DNA from: Syntrophorhabdaceae bacterium
GTDB taxonomy: Bacteria; Desulfobacterota; Syntrophorhabdia; Syntrophorhabdales; Syntrophorhabdaceae
Length of the DNA stretch: 64,000 nt
Reading direction: 5' to 3'
NCBI GenBank assembly: GCA_963665295.1
Contig: OY762209.1
Location: 224,001-288,000, forward strand
Every line of letters begins with the position of its first letter. Position 1 is the first letter of the stretch. A model generated the notes under the pieces. The model had not been told where the DNA came from, ran no database searches, and was given only the letters and a program-made list of their open reading frames with translations. This document shows positions 18,689 to 27,525 of the stretch, one piece after another. A program made the position numbers and the translations under genes.

Positions 18689-21600
18689 TTGCAAGGATCA
18701 TAGAACTTTGTGCGAGGAACAGGCTCGTCACGATACTCGGGGTCCTCATCATGGTGGGCTGGGGGTACTGGGCCCTCACACACTCTCCCCTTGACGCCCT
18801 TCCCGACCAGAGCGACACCCAGGTCATAGTCTACGCGGATTGGCCGGGAAGAAGCCCCGACCTGGTGGAAAACCAGATCACCTACCCCATAACTTCAACG
18901 CTCCTGGCCGCCCCGCAGGTAAAGGCGGTGCGGGGATTCTCCTTTCTGGGCAGTTCCTTCATCTATGTAATATTCAAGGACGGAACGGACATCTATTGGG
19001 CCCGGACCAGGGTACTCGAATACCTTCAGGCCGTGCGGGGAAAGATCCCCCAGGACGTCAACCCGGTCCTCGGTCCCGACGCGTCGGGGGTGGGATGGGG
19101 ATTTTCCTATGCCCTGGTGCCCGAATCGGGACAGTATGAGCCTTCCGAGCTTCGCTCCCTCCAGGACTATAACGTGAAGCTCGCAATAGAGAGCGTGCCC
19201 GGTGTCGCGCAGGTTGCGAGTATCGGCGGCTTTGTGAAACAATACCAGGTTACCGTAGATCCCAACAAACTCCTTTCATATGGAATACCGATCAACAAGG
19301 TCTTCGAGGCGATAAGAAAAAGCAACAGTGATGTGGAAGGAAGGGTAATAGAATTTTCGGGCGCCGAATATGTGGTGCGCGGACGGGGATATGTGAAGAG
19401 CGTCAAGGACCTCGAGATCGTGCCTGTCGGCGTGGACGGCACAGGGACGCCCGTATACCTGAAAAATATCGCCCGTATCGATCTCGGACCCGAACTCAGG
19501 CGCGGCATCGCGGATCTTGACGGGAAAGGACAGGTGGCGGGCGGCATTGTGGTCGTCAGATACGGGGAGAACGTACTGGACGTCATCAACAGGGTGAAAG
19601 AAAAGATCCGAAACGATATCGCGCCGAGTCTCCCCAAGGGGATAAAGATCGTCACCACCTATGACCGGTCGGACCTCATCCGCCAGGCCGTGGGCACCCT
19701 CAGGAACGAGATCATCATCCTCTTCATCGTGGTGAGCATCGTAAGCCTGGTCTTTCTCCTTCACCTGCCGAGCGCCTTTGTAGTCATCCTCACTTTGCCG
19801 GGAGCGGTCCTCATCTCATTTATATTCCTCTATTACCTGCGGGTTACGTCAAACATCATGAGCCTGAGCGGTATCGCGATCTCCATAGGCGTCCTTGTGG
19901 ACGCCTCCATCATCATGGTGGAGAACGCCCACAAGAGGTTGGAGGAGGCATCGGCGGGAAACGGGGGACCCGCGAACAAAACGGATATCATCATCGAGGC
20001 AGCCAAGGAGGTAGGGCCTTCCCTCTTCTTCGCCCTTATGGTTATTACCGTGGCGTTCCTGCCCGTTTTCACGCTCCAGGACCAGGAAGGGAGGTTATTC
20101 AGGCCCCTCGCCTATGCAAAGACCTTCGCCATGCTCGCCGCGTCGGGCCTTGCCATTACCCTTACTCCCGCCCTCATGACCGTGTTCATAAAGGGCCGCA
20201 TCCGGCCGGAGCGGGACAACCCTGTGAACCGGCTCCTCCAGAGGATCTACGACCCCGTGGTCCGCTTCAGCCTGGGGGCAAGGGGGAAGGTACTCATAGG
20301 CGCTCTCGTCCTTATGGCCGTCACCGTCTACCCCATAATGAGGCTCGGATATGAATCCATGCCCTCCCTCTATGAAGGAGCGCTCTTTTACATGCCCGTC
20401 ACCGCCCCGGGGCTGGGCATCTCCGAAGCCTCTTCACTCCTCCTGTTGCAGGACAAGACACTCAAGGAATTCCCCGAAGTGGCTCAGGTATTCGGCAAGG
20501 CAGGTCGCGCCGAAACCGCGACCGACCCCGCACCCCTCGAGATGTTCGAGACTACCATCAACCTGAAACCGAGGTCCCAGTGGCGGAAAGGGATGACTCT
20601 TGAGAAGCTGACCATGGAGATGAACGATGCTCTCACCATGCCCGGGGTATCCAACGCCTTTACCGCGCCCATCAAGGCGCGGGTCGACATGCTCTCCACG
20701 GGCGTGCGTACGCCCCTCGGTATGAAGATTTATGGGCCCCGCATAGAAGAGATCGAAAAGATAGGCATCGCGGTGGAGCAGATTTTAAAAGGCGTCCCCC
20801 ACACGAGGAGCGTCTATGCCGAGCGGGTCAGTACGGGCTATTATCTCGATATCACGGTAAACCGGGAAGAGGCGGCCCGCTACAACCTCACCGTGGATGA
20901 CGTGAACGAGATCGTCCAGTCATCGGTGGGAGGGATCAATATCACCACCACCATCGAAGGCAGGGGACGCTATCCCGTGAATATCCGTTATGCGAAGGAA
21001 CTCAGGGAGGATGTGGATTCCCTGAAACGGGTCCTTGTGCCGGTTACCATGTCGTCGACCCAACCCGATCTGCCCGCGGTAACGGCCCCGGGCTCGGCCC
21101 ACGTGCCTCTGTCGCAGCTCGCGGACATCACTGTCGTCCGGGGTCCCACCCAGATCAAGAGCGAGGCGGGCATGCTCACGGGGTATGTCTACATAGACCA
21201 TACCGCGGCCGACACGGGTACTTATATCAGGGATGCAAAGAAGCGCCTGGCGTCCTACAGGCTCCCCGACGGCTACCGTATCGAATGGAGCGGGGACTAC
21301 CTGCGCCTGGAGAATATCCGTCGCCACCTGAAGACGGTCATACCCCTCACGATTATCCTCATTCTCATCATCATCTACCTGAGCACGGGGTCCTTCATGA
21401 AGACCTTTATCGTACTCCTCGCAGTCCCCTTTTCCCTTGTGGGTTCCTTCTGGTTCCTCTATATCTTCGGTTTTCACCTGAGCGCCGCGGTCTGGGTAGG
21501 CATTATCGCCCTTGCGGGACTCGACGCGGAAACGGGCGTGGTAATGCTCCTCTATCTGGATATCTCCTATAACAGGTGGAAGGCGGGGGGGAGACTCAAG

Positions 21601-21867
21601 GAGCAATCGGACCTTAACGACGCGGTCATGCACGGCGCGGTGAAGAGGCTCCGGCCCAAGATCATGACCGTGGCAACCATGCTCGCCGGGCTTATCCCCA
21701 TCATGTTCAGCAGCGGGATCGGTTCCGAGATCATGAAGTCCATTGCCGCCCCCATGATAGGGGGCCTCGTGACCTCCACAGTCCTCGAACTTACGATTTA
21801 TCCGGCGATCTACATGGTCTGGAAGAGACGCGAGTTGGCCAGGGAAATTCCCGCATTCCGGTCATGA
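18685..21867 (+). CDS. cusA: Heavy-metal RND efflux pump, CusA family
   Basis: LDALPDQSDTQVI and GPDASGVGW motifs. The three Cu(I)-binding Met contexts (YMP, PLEMFET, RVDMLSTG) are present. Confidence 0.92.
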   Translation: MIARIIELCARNRLVTILGVLIMVGWGYWALTHSPLDALPDQSDTQVIVYADWPGRSPDLVENQITYPITSTLLAAPQVKAVRGFSFLGSSFIYVIFKDGTDIYWARTRVLEYLQAVRGKIPQDVNPVLGPDASGVGWGFSYALVPESGQYEPSELRSLQDYNVKLAIESVPGVAQVASIGGFVKQYQVTVDPNKLLSYGIPINKVFEAIRKSNSDVEGRVIEFSGAEYVVRGRGYVKSVKDLEIVPVGVDGTGTPVYLKNIARIDLGPELRRGIADLDGKGQVAGGIVVVRYGENVLDVINRVKEKIRNDIAPSLPKGIKIVTTYDRSDLIRQAVGTLRNEIIILFIVVSIVSLVFLLHLPSAFVVILTLPGAVLISFIFLYYLRVTSNIMSLSGIAISIGVLVDASIIMVENAHKRLEEASAGNGGPANKTDIIIEAAKEVGPSLFFALMVITVAFLPVFTLQDQEGRLFRPLAYAKTFAMLAASGLAITLTPALMTVFIKGRIRPERDNPVNRLLQRIYDPVVRFSLGARGKVLIGALVLMAVTVYPIMRLGYESMPSLYEGALFYMPVTAPGLGISEASSLLLLQDKTLKEFPEVAQVFGKAGRAETATDPAPLEMFETTINLKPRSQWRKGMTLEKLTMEMNDALTMPGVSNAFTAPIKARVDMLSTGVRTPLGMKIYGPRIEEIEKIGIAVEQILKGVPHTRSVYAERVSTGYYLDITVNREEAARYNLTVDDVNEIVQSSVGGINITTTIEGRGRYPVNIRYAKELREDVDSLKRVLVPVTMSSTQPDLPAVTAPGSAHVPLSQLADITVVRGPTQIKSEAGMLTGYVYIDHTAADTGTYIRDAKKRLASYRLPDGYRIEWSGDYLRLENIRRHLKTVIPLTIILILIIIYLSTGSFMKTFIVLLAVPFSLVGSFWFLYIFGFHLSAAVWVGIIALAGLDAETGVVMLLYLDISYNRWKAGGRLKEQSDLNDAVMHGAVKRLRPKIMTVATMLAGLIPIMFSSGIGSEIMKSIAAPMIGGLVTSTVLELTIYPAIYMVWKRRELAREIPAFRS

Positions 21868-21889
21868 CCGGGCAGGCCCGTCTCGCCCG

Positions 21890-22726
21890 CTACTTTCTGA
21901 GATAGAGGAAGTCGACCTTCCCTGCCGCCATAACGCACATGTGGGCAAACCCGTACTTCCCTATGATTGCCGGCGCCCGGTCCGCGTCGTCCTTTTGGTC
22001 TCCGAAGTCGATAAGGGTGCGTTTGTCGTACCTCAGGCCCCACCTGTTGTTAAACCGGCCCACGACCGTGGTGGCCGGATCGAATGGCCGGCAAGCTTCG
22101 CCCTTGAAAAGGCCCGCCGGTGCGGCATCGTCCACGAGCATATAGCGGAAAGAAACGCGGGGCCGGCCCACAGAGCAGGACTTGTTCATGTGGTAATACC
22201 TGATGATGTCACGGGCGTTCTCCGCCTCTATCCTGTCCACCCCGAAACTGAACAGGGTGTGGGTCCCGTCCCCGACCTTCCAGATATGCTGCTCCTCATA
22301 TGCCGTGGTCCGTGCCGGATCGAAGACGACACAATCTTCCTTGATATCTCCCTTCTTTTCCGCGGATCCGCCCTCGAGCCCCTCTGTACCCGGGCCTGTG
22401 CAGCGCGCGTTGAAGAAGACCGTGTTCGACTGGGTCTTTACGTTCACCGGTCTTACGGCCTCTATGTAGGCCCAGGTTTCGGAAGCGGCGGCAGCGTTCT
22501 CGATCACGAAGGTGTCGGTTACATCAAGGGCCCCGGGCTACCCCAGGTTCCTGGGTCTGGCAGGGATACCCTCTTTCAACGGCTGAGAGGCCCCTTTCGG
22601 AACAGACTCAACCGCTGCCGGACCATCGGCATGGGCTGTTACCGCGAAGACCGTGCCGGCCGCCGGTGCTATGCCCGCCAGGACAGCGACGCCGGTACTT
22701 TCTTCAGGCCTGAATTGTGTCACCAT
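21890..22726 (-). pseudogene. Exported hypothetical protein interrupted by an in-frame TAG at 22538-22540
   Basis: ORFs 22538..22891 and 21890..22507 share a frame (NLG*PGALDVTDTFVIEN). Internal repeat C..FDP..T. 5' end approximate. Confidence 0.55.
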
Positions 22727-22779
22727 TCTATGACGTGGGGCGTCCCGCGTCAAGCGCGGGCCTTCACTGCCCTTTTCAC

Positions 22780-23529
22780 CTACTTGATGGTCAGAAGCTC
22801 CAGTTCGTAGACGAGCGTTGAGTTTGGAGCGATTACCTTCCCCCTGCCATAAGCCAGGTAGGCAAGGGAAGGAGGAACCACGACCTGCCACCTGGAGCCC
22901 ACAGGCATGAGCTTCAGGGCGTCTCTCACGCCTTTCACGACGCGGACGTTGCCCATCTCGAAGGTCAGGGGTTGATTGGTCTTGAAGGTATTCTCGAATT
23001 CCGTTCCGTTGACGAGGGTCCCTTTAAGGTTGACTTCTACCGTGTCCTTCTCCGTGGGTATCTTACCTTTGCCTTCCTTGAGTACCTTGTACTGGAGTCC
23101 GCTGGGGAGGGTCACCACGCCTTCCTTGGTCTTGTTGGCGGCCTGAAATTCTTCGCCTTCCTTCTTGTTGTCAAACCCGGCGATGATCTTTTCCCTCCGC
23201 TGCTTAGCCATGGCCTCGGCCCTGTAGGTGATCATGATCGCGTCCACGTCCCCCTCGGTCAATTCGAGTTTGCCTCCCGCGGCGGCATCCTTCATTCCCC
23301 TTATTACAAGGTCCATGTCTATGTCCATGCCTAGCCGCCTGTAGTTCTTGACGGTCTCCACGCCGAGACTGTAGCTGATCCTGTCCTTCTTTGTCTTGAG
23401 GAGCGGCGTCGCAACAGCGCCGGACGTGGTGTCATCCGCCATGGAAGGCGAAGCCAAAGTGAAGCCTCCCAGTGCTGTCACCAGTCCGATTGTGAGGGTC
23501 GCCACCCCCTTTGTCCATTTCTGTCTCAT
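22780..23529 (-). CDS. FKBP-type peptidyl-prolyl isomerase (FkpA/FklB/Mip family)
   Basis: SYSLG, GVVTLPSGLQYKV, PPSLAY and PNSTLVYELELL motifs, plus a signal peptide. Confidence 0.9.
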   Translation of the reverse strand: MRQKWTKGVATLTIGLVTALGGFTLASPSMADDTTSGAVATPLLKTKKDRISYSLGVETVKNYRRLGMDIDMDLVIRGMKDAAAGGKLELTEGDVDAIMITYRAEAMAKQRREKIIAGFDNKKEGEEFQAANKTKEGVVTLPSGLQYKVLKEGKGKIPTEKDTVEVNLKGTLVNGTEFENTFKTNQPLTFEMGNVRVVKGVRDALKLMPVGSRWQVVVPPSLAYLAYGRGKVIAPNSTLVYELELLTIK

Positions 23530-23583
23530 GAGTCCTCCCTCTCGAAATTCAAATCAACGTATTCAGTATATCATGGTAAAGAA

Positions 23584-23611
23584 GCAGGGGGGAAAGATTC
23601 TTCCCCCCTGC
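23584..23611 (-). terminator. Hairpin between the oxidase remnant and the FKBP gene
   Basis: GCAGGGGGGAA/TTCCCCCCTGC inverted repeat followed by TTCTTT on the minus strand. Confidence 0.6.
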
Positions 23612-23634
23612 AGTGTTGTTGCCGCGACTGAAAC

Positions 23635-23916
23635 TTAAGGCAACGTTGTGAAGGTTACCACGTTGCTCCTGGCGCTGTTGCCGACCGCCGTTCTTGTGGC
23701 GACACGGTAAAAGTAGGTTGTGTTCGCCGTCAGGCCGGTCATGGTCCTCGTGGCGAGCGTGGCCGGGGTTACGTTTGTCGTATTGACCCCTGTCGTAAAG
23801 GCCGCGTTCGTCGCACGCTGAATGGCGATGCCCGTCACGTTGGTGCCGTCGATAGGGCCGTCCTCGACCTGGTCCACAAGCAGGTAGGGGGCGGCAAGGC
23901 GGCCGGGTTGGTTGCC
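23635..23916 (-). pseudogene. Remnant of a fourth OmpB-like oxidase: domain-1 fragment fused to a C-terminal fibronectin type III domain
   Basis: GRLAAPYLLVDQVEDGPIDGTNVTG resembles [25 protein letters not shown] in oxidase 3. It continues into an Fn3-like IQRATNAAFT...TGLTANTTYFYRV...SNVV. Confidence 0.6.
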
Positions 23917-24659
23917 TCATTACCCCTTATGCGTGTCCTTTTTCCCAAAACGCTTGTTTCCTTATGAAGGAGACAGGCTTCTCCACCTTGCCTCGGTTTT
24001 CGAACTGAACAGCGCCGCGCGCCACATCCTGCGAAGACTGCTTACAGGATCACGTTGCCTCGGTAATCCGCCCGATGGCGCAATCCTACTCGCTTTCCTC
24101 AAGGCTTTACCTTTTTCTTCGCTTCCTTCCATCCCCATCCTGAAGCAGATTCCCATGGTGTCACGTCCCGCACCGTTCGGGGGTTGCCGGCATAACCCTG
24201 CCCATTCTGCCCCGGCTTTTGCCCGCGGCCTTCCGCGGGTTGCGTCGTCACGAATATTTTCCACTTGCCATGTGCCTTTCATCACCCGCCACCTCATCGT
24301 CAATTCATCCTCACCATATCCGTACCGCGGCAAAGGGCACCCGGACTTTCGCAAGGCGCCTATCGCGCACGACCGGTACGCTATTAGCCTTTGGTAACAA
24401 GCTCTGTGTCAGCAGGGGTAATAAGGGAATCACTGTACTTTGCACTGTTATTTCCACATGTTACCTTCACCGATGGCAGGCGGCTCCTATTCCTCTGTCT
24501 TGGATTGTAAACTGCAATCTCGCCGGAGAAGATTATGGCAGTCAGGCGGACGGGAGTTGGGCCGGGGAGGAGGCGCTTCACGATTATTGTTGCAGCCCGG
24601 GCCGGCGGATGGTAATAAGATTACAATGAGGCTCAAGAAGAACCTGGGGGTGTGAAGAT

Positions 24660-25079
24660 ATGGAGATAGTCAACCGGAAGATCACTTACGAAACGAAGGG
24701 CAGCGGCGACCTCATAAATATTACCGTTGAGCTTCATCGCATTATCGAGGAATCCACGCTGATGGACGGGAGCCTCACCGTCTTCGTGTCAGGCTCCACC
24801 GCAGGGATCACGACCTTCGAATACGAACCGGGAATGATAAAGGATATAGGAGAGTTTTACGAGAAACTCGCCCCGGCAGGCGTTCACTACCACCACGACG
24901 ACACGTGGGGGGACGCAAACGGGTTCAGCCACATACGCGCCGCCTTTACAGGCCCGTCCCTCTCCATACCTTTTGAGGAAGGGCGGCTTCTCCTGGGCAC
25001 CTGGCAGCAGGTAATACTCGCCGAGTTCGACAACAGGCCAAGAACAAGGTCCCTGACCATCCAACTAATGGGAATATAA
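24660..25079 (+). CDS. yjbQ: YjbQ/UPF0047 family protein
   Basis: GSTAGITTFEYEPG, NGFSHIRA, LGTWQQV. Confidence 0.85.
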   Translation: MEIVNRKITYETKGSGDLINITVELHRIIEESTLMDGSLTVFVSGSTAGITTFEYEPGMIKDIGEFYEKLAPAGVHYHHDDTWGDANGFSHIRAAFTGPSLSIPFEEGRLLLGTWQQVILAEFDNRPRTRSLTIQLMGI

Positions 25080-25084
25080 TCCAA

Positions 25085-25240
25085 GAGTTTCATCTCAGCA
25101 CGCACCGCGAGCGAGACTGCATTTTCTATTATCTTTGTCTGTTGGAGAGCAGTCCAAGCGTCACCCAGCTCACACAGTGAGCGAGAGGGGGAGGCTCTAC
25201 CGGCTTAGCCGGTGGAGGGGGCGACGCAAACCCCGTCAAC
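25085..25240. repeat. REP-like intergenic element between convergent genes
   Basis: Hairpin CTCTACCGGC-TTA-GCCGGTGGAG flanked by G-runs. Only one copy in the window. Confidence 0.4.
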
Positions 25241-26612
25241 TGCGCCCGTATTTCTTTTTCAGGAACTCCAGCCCGGTCATGGGGTAAAGGGCATAGATCA
25301 GGATATCACCCATGTCTTCCGTGATGCCTGCCAGCGCTTCTCTTGCCTTCGGCAACTCGGACTCAAGGATGTCGCCGGGTCTCGTATCTATGGGAACGTT
25401 GCCCTTTTCGTAGCCCTTGAGGGCCTTTGCGCGGATCTCCTCGTTGACGGGCGCGGGGGGCCTGCCGTAGAGGCCGTAGAAATAATCCTTCACCTCTTTG
25501 GAGATCATCCTGTATCTTCCCGCGATCACGTTGAATACTGCCTGGACGCCGACAATCTGGCTCGTGGGGGTGACGAGGGGAGGAAACCCGAGGTCCGCCC
25601 TGGTGCGCGGTATCTCTTCGTACACCTCCTTAAGCCTGTGAATGGCCTTCGCCTGTTTGAGCTGGCTCACGAGGTTGCTTATCATGCCTCCGGGTATCTG
25701 GTGCATGAGAACTCCGATGTCGATGACGGCAAACCGGGTATTGTCCGCAAACTGCATGTATTTCGGCACGATCGTTTCAAGGTACTCGTCAATCTCCGCG
25801 GCGATTTCCAGGTCTACCCCGGTATCGTAGGGGGTCCCGCGGAGGGTTATGATAAACGGCTCCACCGCTGAATGGGAAGACCGGAGCGCCAGGGGAGCGA
25901 GACATGTATCGATCCCGTCCGCGCCGGCCTCAATCGCCTTGAGACAGGCCATGGAGGCCATGCCGCTTGTGTAATGGGTATGGAGGTGTACGGGTATGCT
26001 CAAATTTGCCTTGAGGGCCGAAACGAGGTCATAGGCGTCATAAGGGGAGATGATGCCCGCCATATCCTTGATACAAAGGGAATGGGCTCCCATCTCTTCT
26101 ATCAGTTTCGCCTTTCCCACGTAATAATCTATGTTGAAAATAGGGCCGCCCAGTTTCTTTTCCGTGAGGGAGTAGGAGAGGGTGCCCTGGATGTGTTTGC
26201 CGCACTTCTTTATGGCGTCGAAAGCAGCGATGAAGTTACGCTCGTCGTTCAGGGCGTCGAAGACCCTGAAAATATCGATACCCACCTCCGCGGCCTTTTC
26301 CACAAAAGCCTCTACCACGTCATCGGCATAGTTTCGGTAGCCCACGAGGTTCTGTCCCCTGAGGAGCATCTGGAACTTCGTGGTAGGCATCTTCTCCTTA
26401 AGGAGCTTCACCCTTTCCCACGGGTCTTCGTTGAGAAAACGGGTCATCACGTCAAATGTCGCTCCGCCCCATACCTCCATGGAGTAGAACCCCATGCGCT
26501 CCATTTTCTCCGCGATGGGCAGCATGTCTTCAGTGGTCATTCTTGTGGCAAAAAGTGACTGGTGACCGTCCCTGAACGTCAGGTCTGTGATTTTGATGGG
26601 TTTCCCTTGCAT
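25236..26612 (-). CDS. Pyruvate/oxaloacetate carboxyltransferase (pyruvate carboxylase B / OadA-like, no biotin domain)
   Basis: RDGHQSL, EVWGGATFD, MLLRGQNLVGY, IKDMAG, HTHYT, PPLVTPTSQIVG. Confidence 0.9.
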   Translation of the reverse strand: MQGKPIKITDLTFRDGHQSLFATRMTTEDMLPIAEKMERMGFYSMEVWGGATFDVMTRFLNEDPWERVKLLKEKMPTTKFQMLLRGQNLVGYRNYADDVVEAFVEKAAEVGIDIFRVFDALNDERNFIAAFDAIKKCGKHIQGTLSYSLTEKKLGGPIFNIDYYVGKAKLIEEMGAHSLCIKDMAGIISPYDAYDLVSALKANLSIPVHLHTHYTSGMASMACLKAIEAGADGIDTCLAPLALRSSHSAVEPFIITLRGTPYDTGVDLEIAAEIDEYLETIVPKYMQFADNTRFAVIDIGVLMHQIPGGMISNLVSQLKQAKAIHRLKEVYEEIPRTRADLGFPPLVTPTSQIVGVQAVFNVIAGRYRMISKEVKDYFYGLYGRPPAPVNEEIRAKALKGYEKGNVPIDTRPGDILESELPKAREALAGITEDMGDILIYALYPMTGLEFLKKKYGRS

Positions 26613-26705
26613 TGTTAACCTCCTCGCAAAAGTCGTGAATAGTTATCACGTATGCCCGAAAAAATCAATGGAATATTTCTCCCAAGTCTGCTATCCTTAT
26701 AGCCA

Positions 26706-26782
26706 CGGGAAGTAGCTCAGCATGGTGGAGCACAGCGTTCGGGACGCTGGGGTCGCAGGTTCAAATCCTGTCTTCCCGACCA
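26706..26782 (+). tRNA. tRNA-Pro(CGG)
   Basis: Acceptor CGGGAAG/CTTCCCG, anticodon arm CAGCG-TTCGGGA-CGCTG, GGTTCAAATCC T-arm and encoded CCA. Confidence 0.95.
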
Positions 26783-27013
26783 TAAACATATCAATGATAT
26801 TGGGGGTTGCATTTTTTTGCGACCCCTATTTTTTTGTTACCGTCGTCGAAACACGCCCTATCTCCCGGACCCGGGAAGTTGCGTAAGCACTCGTGCAAAG
26901 GGGGCGGAGTGTTCGGGGGCTCACGCCCGGAAACATCACCTGCGCAAGGCATCATGATGGTCATGCCGTTTTTTGTGGATAATGAGACAATTTTTTGTTA
27001 TCATTGTGCCGTT

Positions 27014-27086
27014 GGTCCCATCGTCTAGTGGCCTAGGACGCTGGCCTCTCACGCCGGAAACAGGGGTTCGAACCCCCTTGGGACTA
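27014..27086 (+). tRNA. tRNA-Glu(CTC), CCA not encoded
   Basis: Acceptor GGTCCCA/TGGGACT, anticodon arm CTGGC-CTCTCAC-GCCGG and GGTTCGAACCC T-arm. Confidence 0.93.
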
Positions 27087-27156
27087 TTTTCTCCTTTTTC
27101 AACGCCTTTCCGCCTTTCTTTTCCGGCCCCTTTCCCGTGCCCCGGCGCCTCAACCC

Positions 27157-27215
27157 GTCTCGTTGTGTCACACATTCGTCTTGCGGGGCAAGACTCAAAT
27201 CTTGCGGCAAGAGAC
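27157..27215. promoter_or_regulatory. Three phased enhancer-like sites, the central one a perfect GTCTTG-N5-CAAGAC
   Basis: GTCTCGttgtgTCACAC (27157), GTCTTGcggggCAAGAC (27178) and ATCTTGcggcaAGAGAC (27199), with 21-bp spacing. Confidence 0.65.
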
Positions 27216-27314
27216 AATTCACGCGGCCTTCCCCTCCCCCTCGTTTGCATCTTTCTATCCATAACATGTTGTTTTTGTGCCTTTTTTTCTCAATACCCCT
27301 TCTCCAGGGCCTGA

Positions 27315-27330
27315 TGGCACGTATTTTGAT
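27315..27330 (+). promoter_or_regulatory. Sigma-54-type promoter of oxidase 2
   Basis: TGGCACGTATTTTGAT has a perfect -24 element and TTGA instead of TTGC at -12. Confidence 0.6.
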
Positions 27331-27525
27331 TGTCCTTTCACAATATAAGGGAGCAATTGCGTTCTTAATCAGGCGGATGTTCTGCCTGGCGCTATCTCCG
27401 GCGGGGCGGAGATCGACGAGGCAACTGGTAACGGACGCCCGGCCTCGCTTCGCGGGTTCGGGCAAATTCACTGACACACGTTTGTACACAGATCAAAGGA
27501 GCAATCAAACAAGGAGGTATGCACC

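Noticed and set aside
24374..24390. CGGTACGCTATTAGC sigma-54-like box on the plus strand
   Set aside because: Weak -12 element, no phased enhancer array upstream, and no clear target gene.
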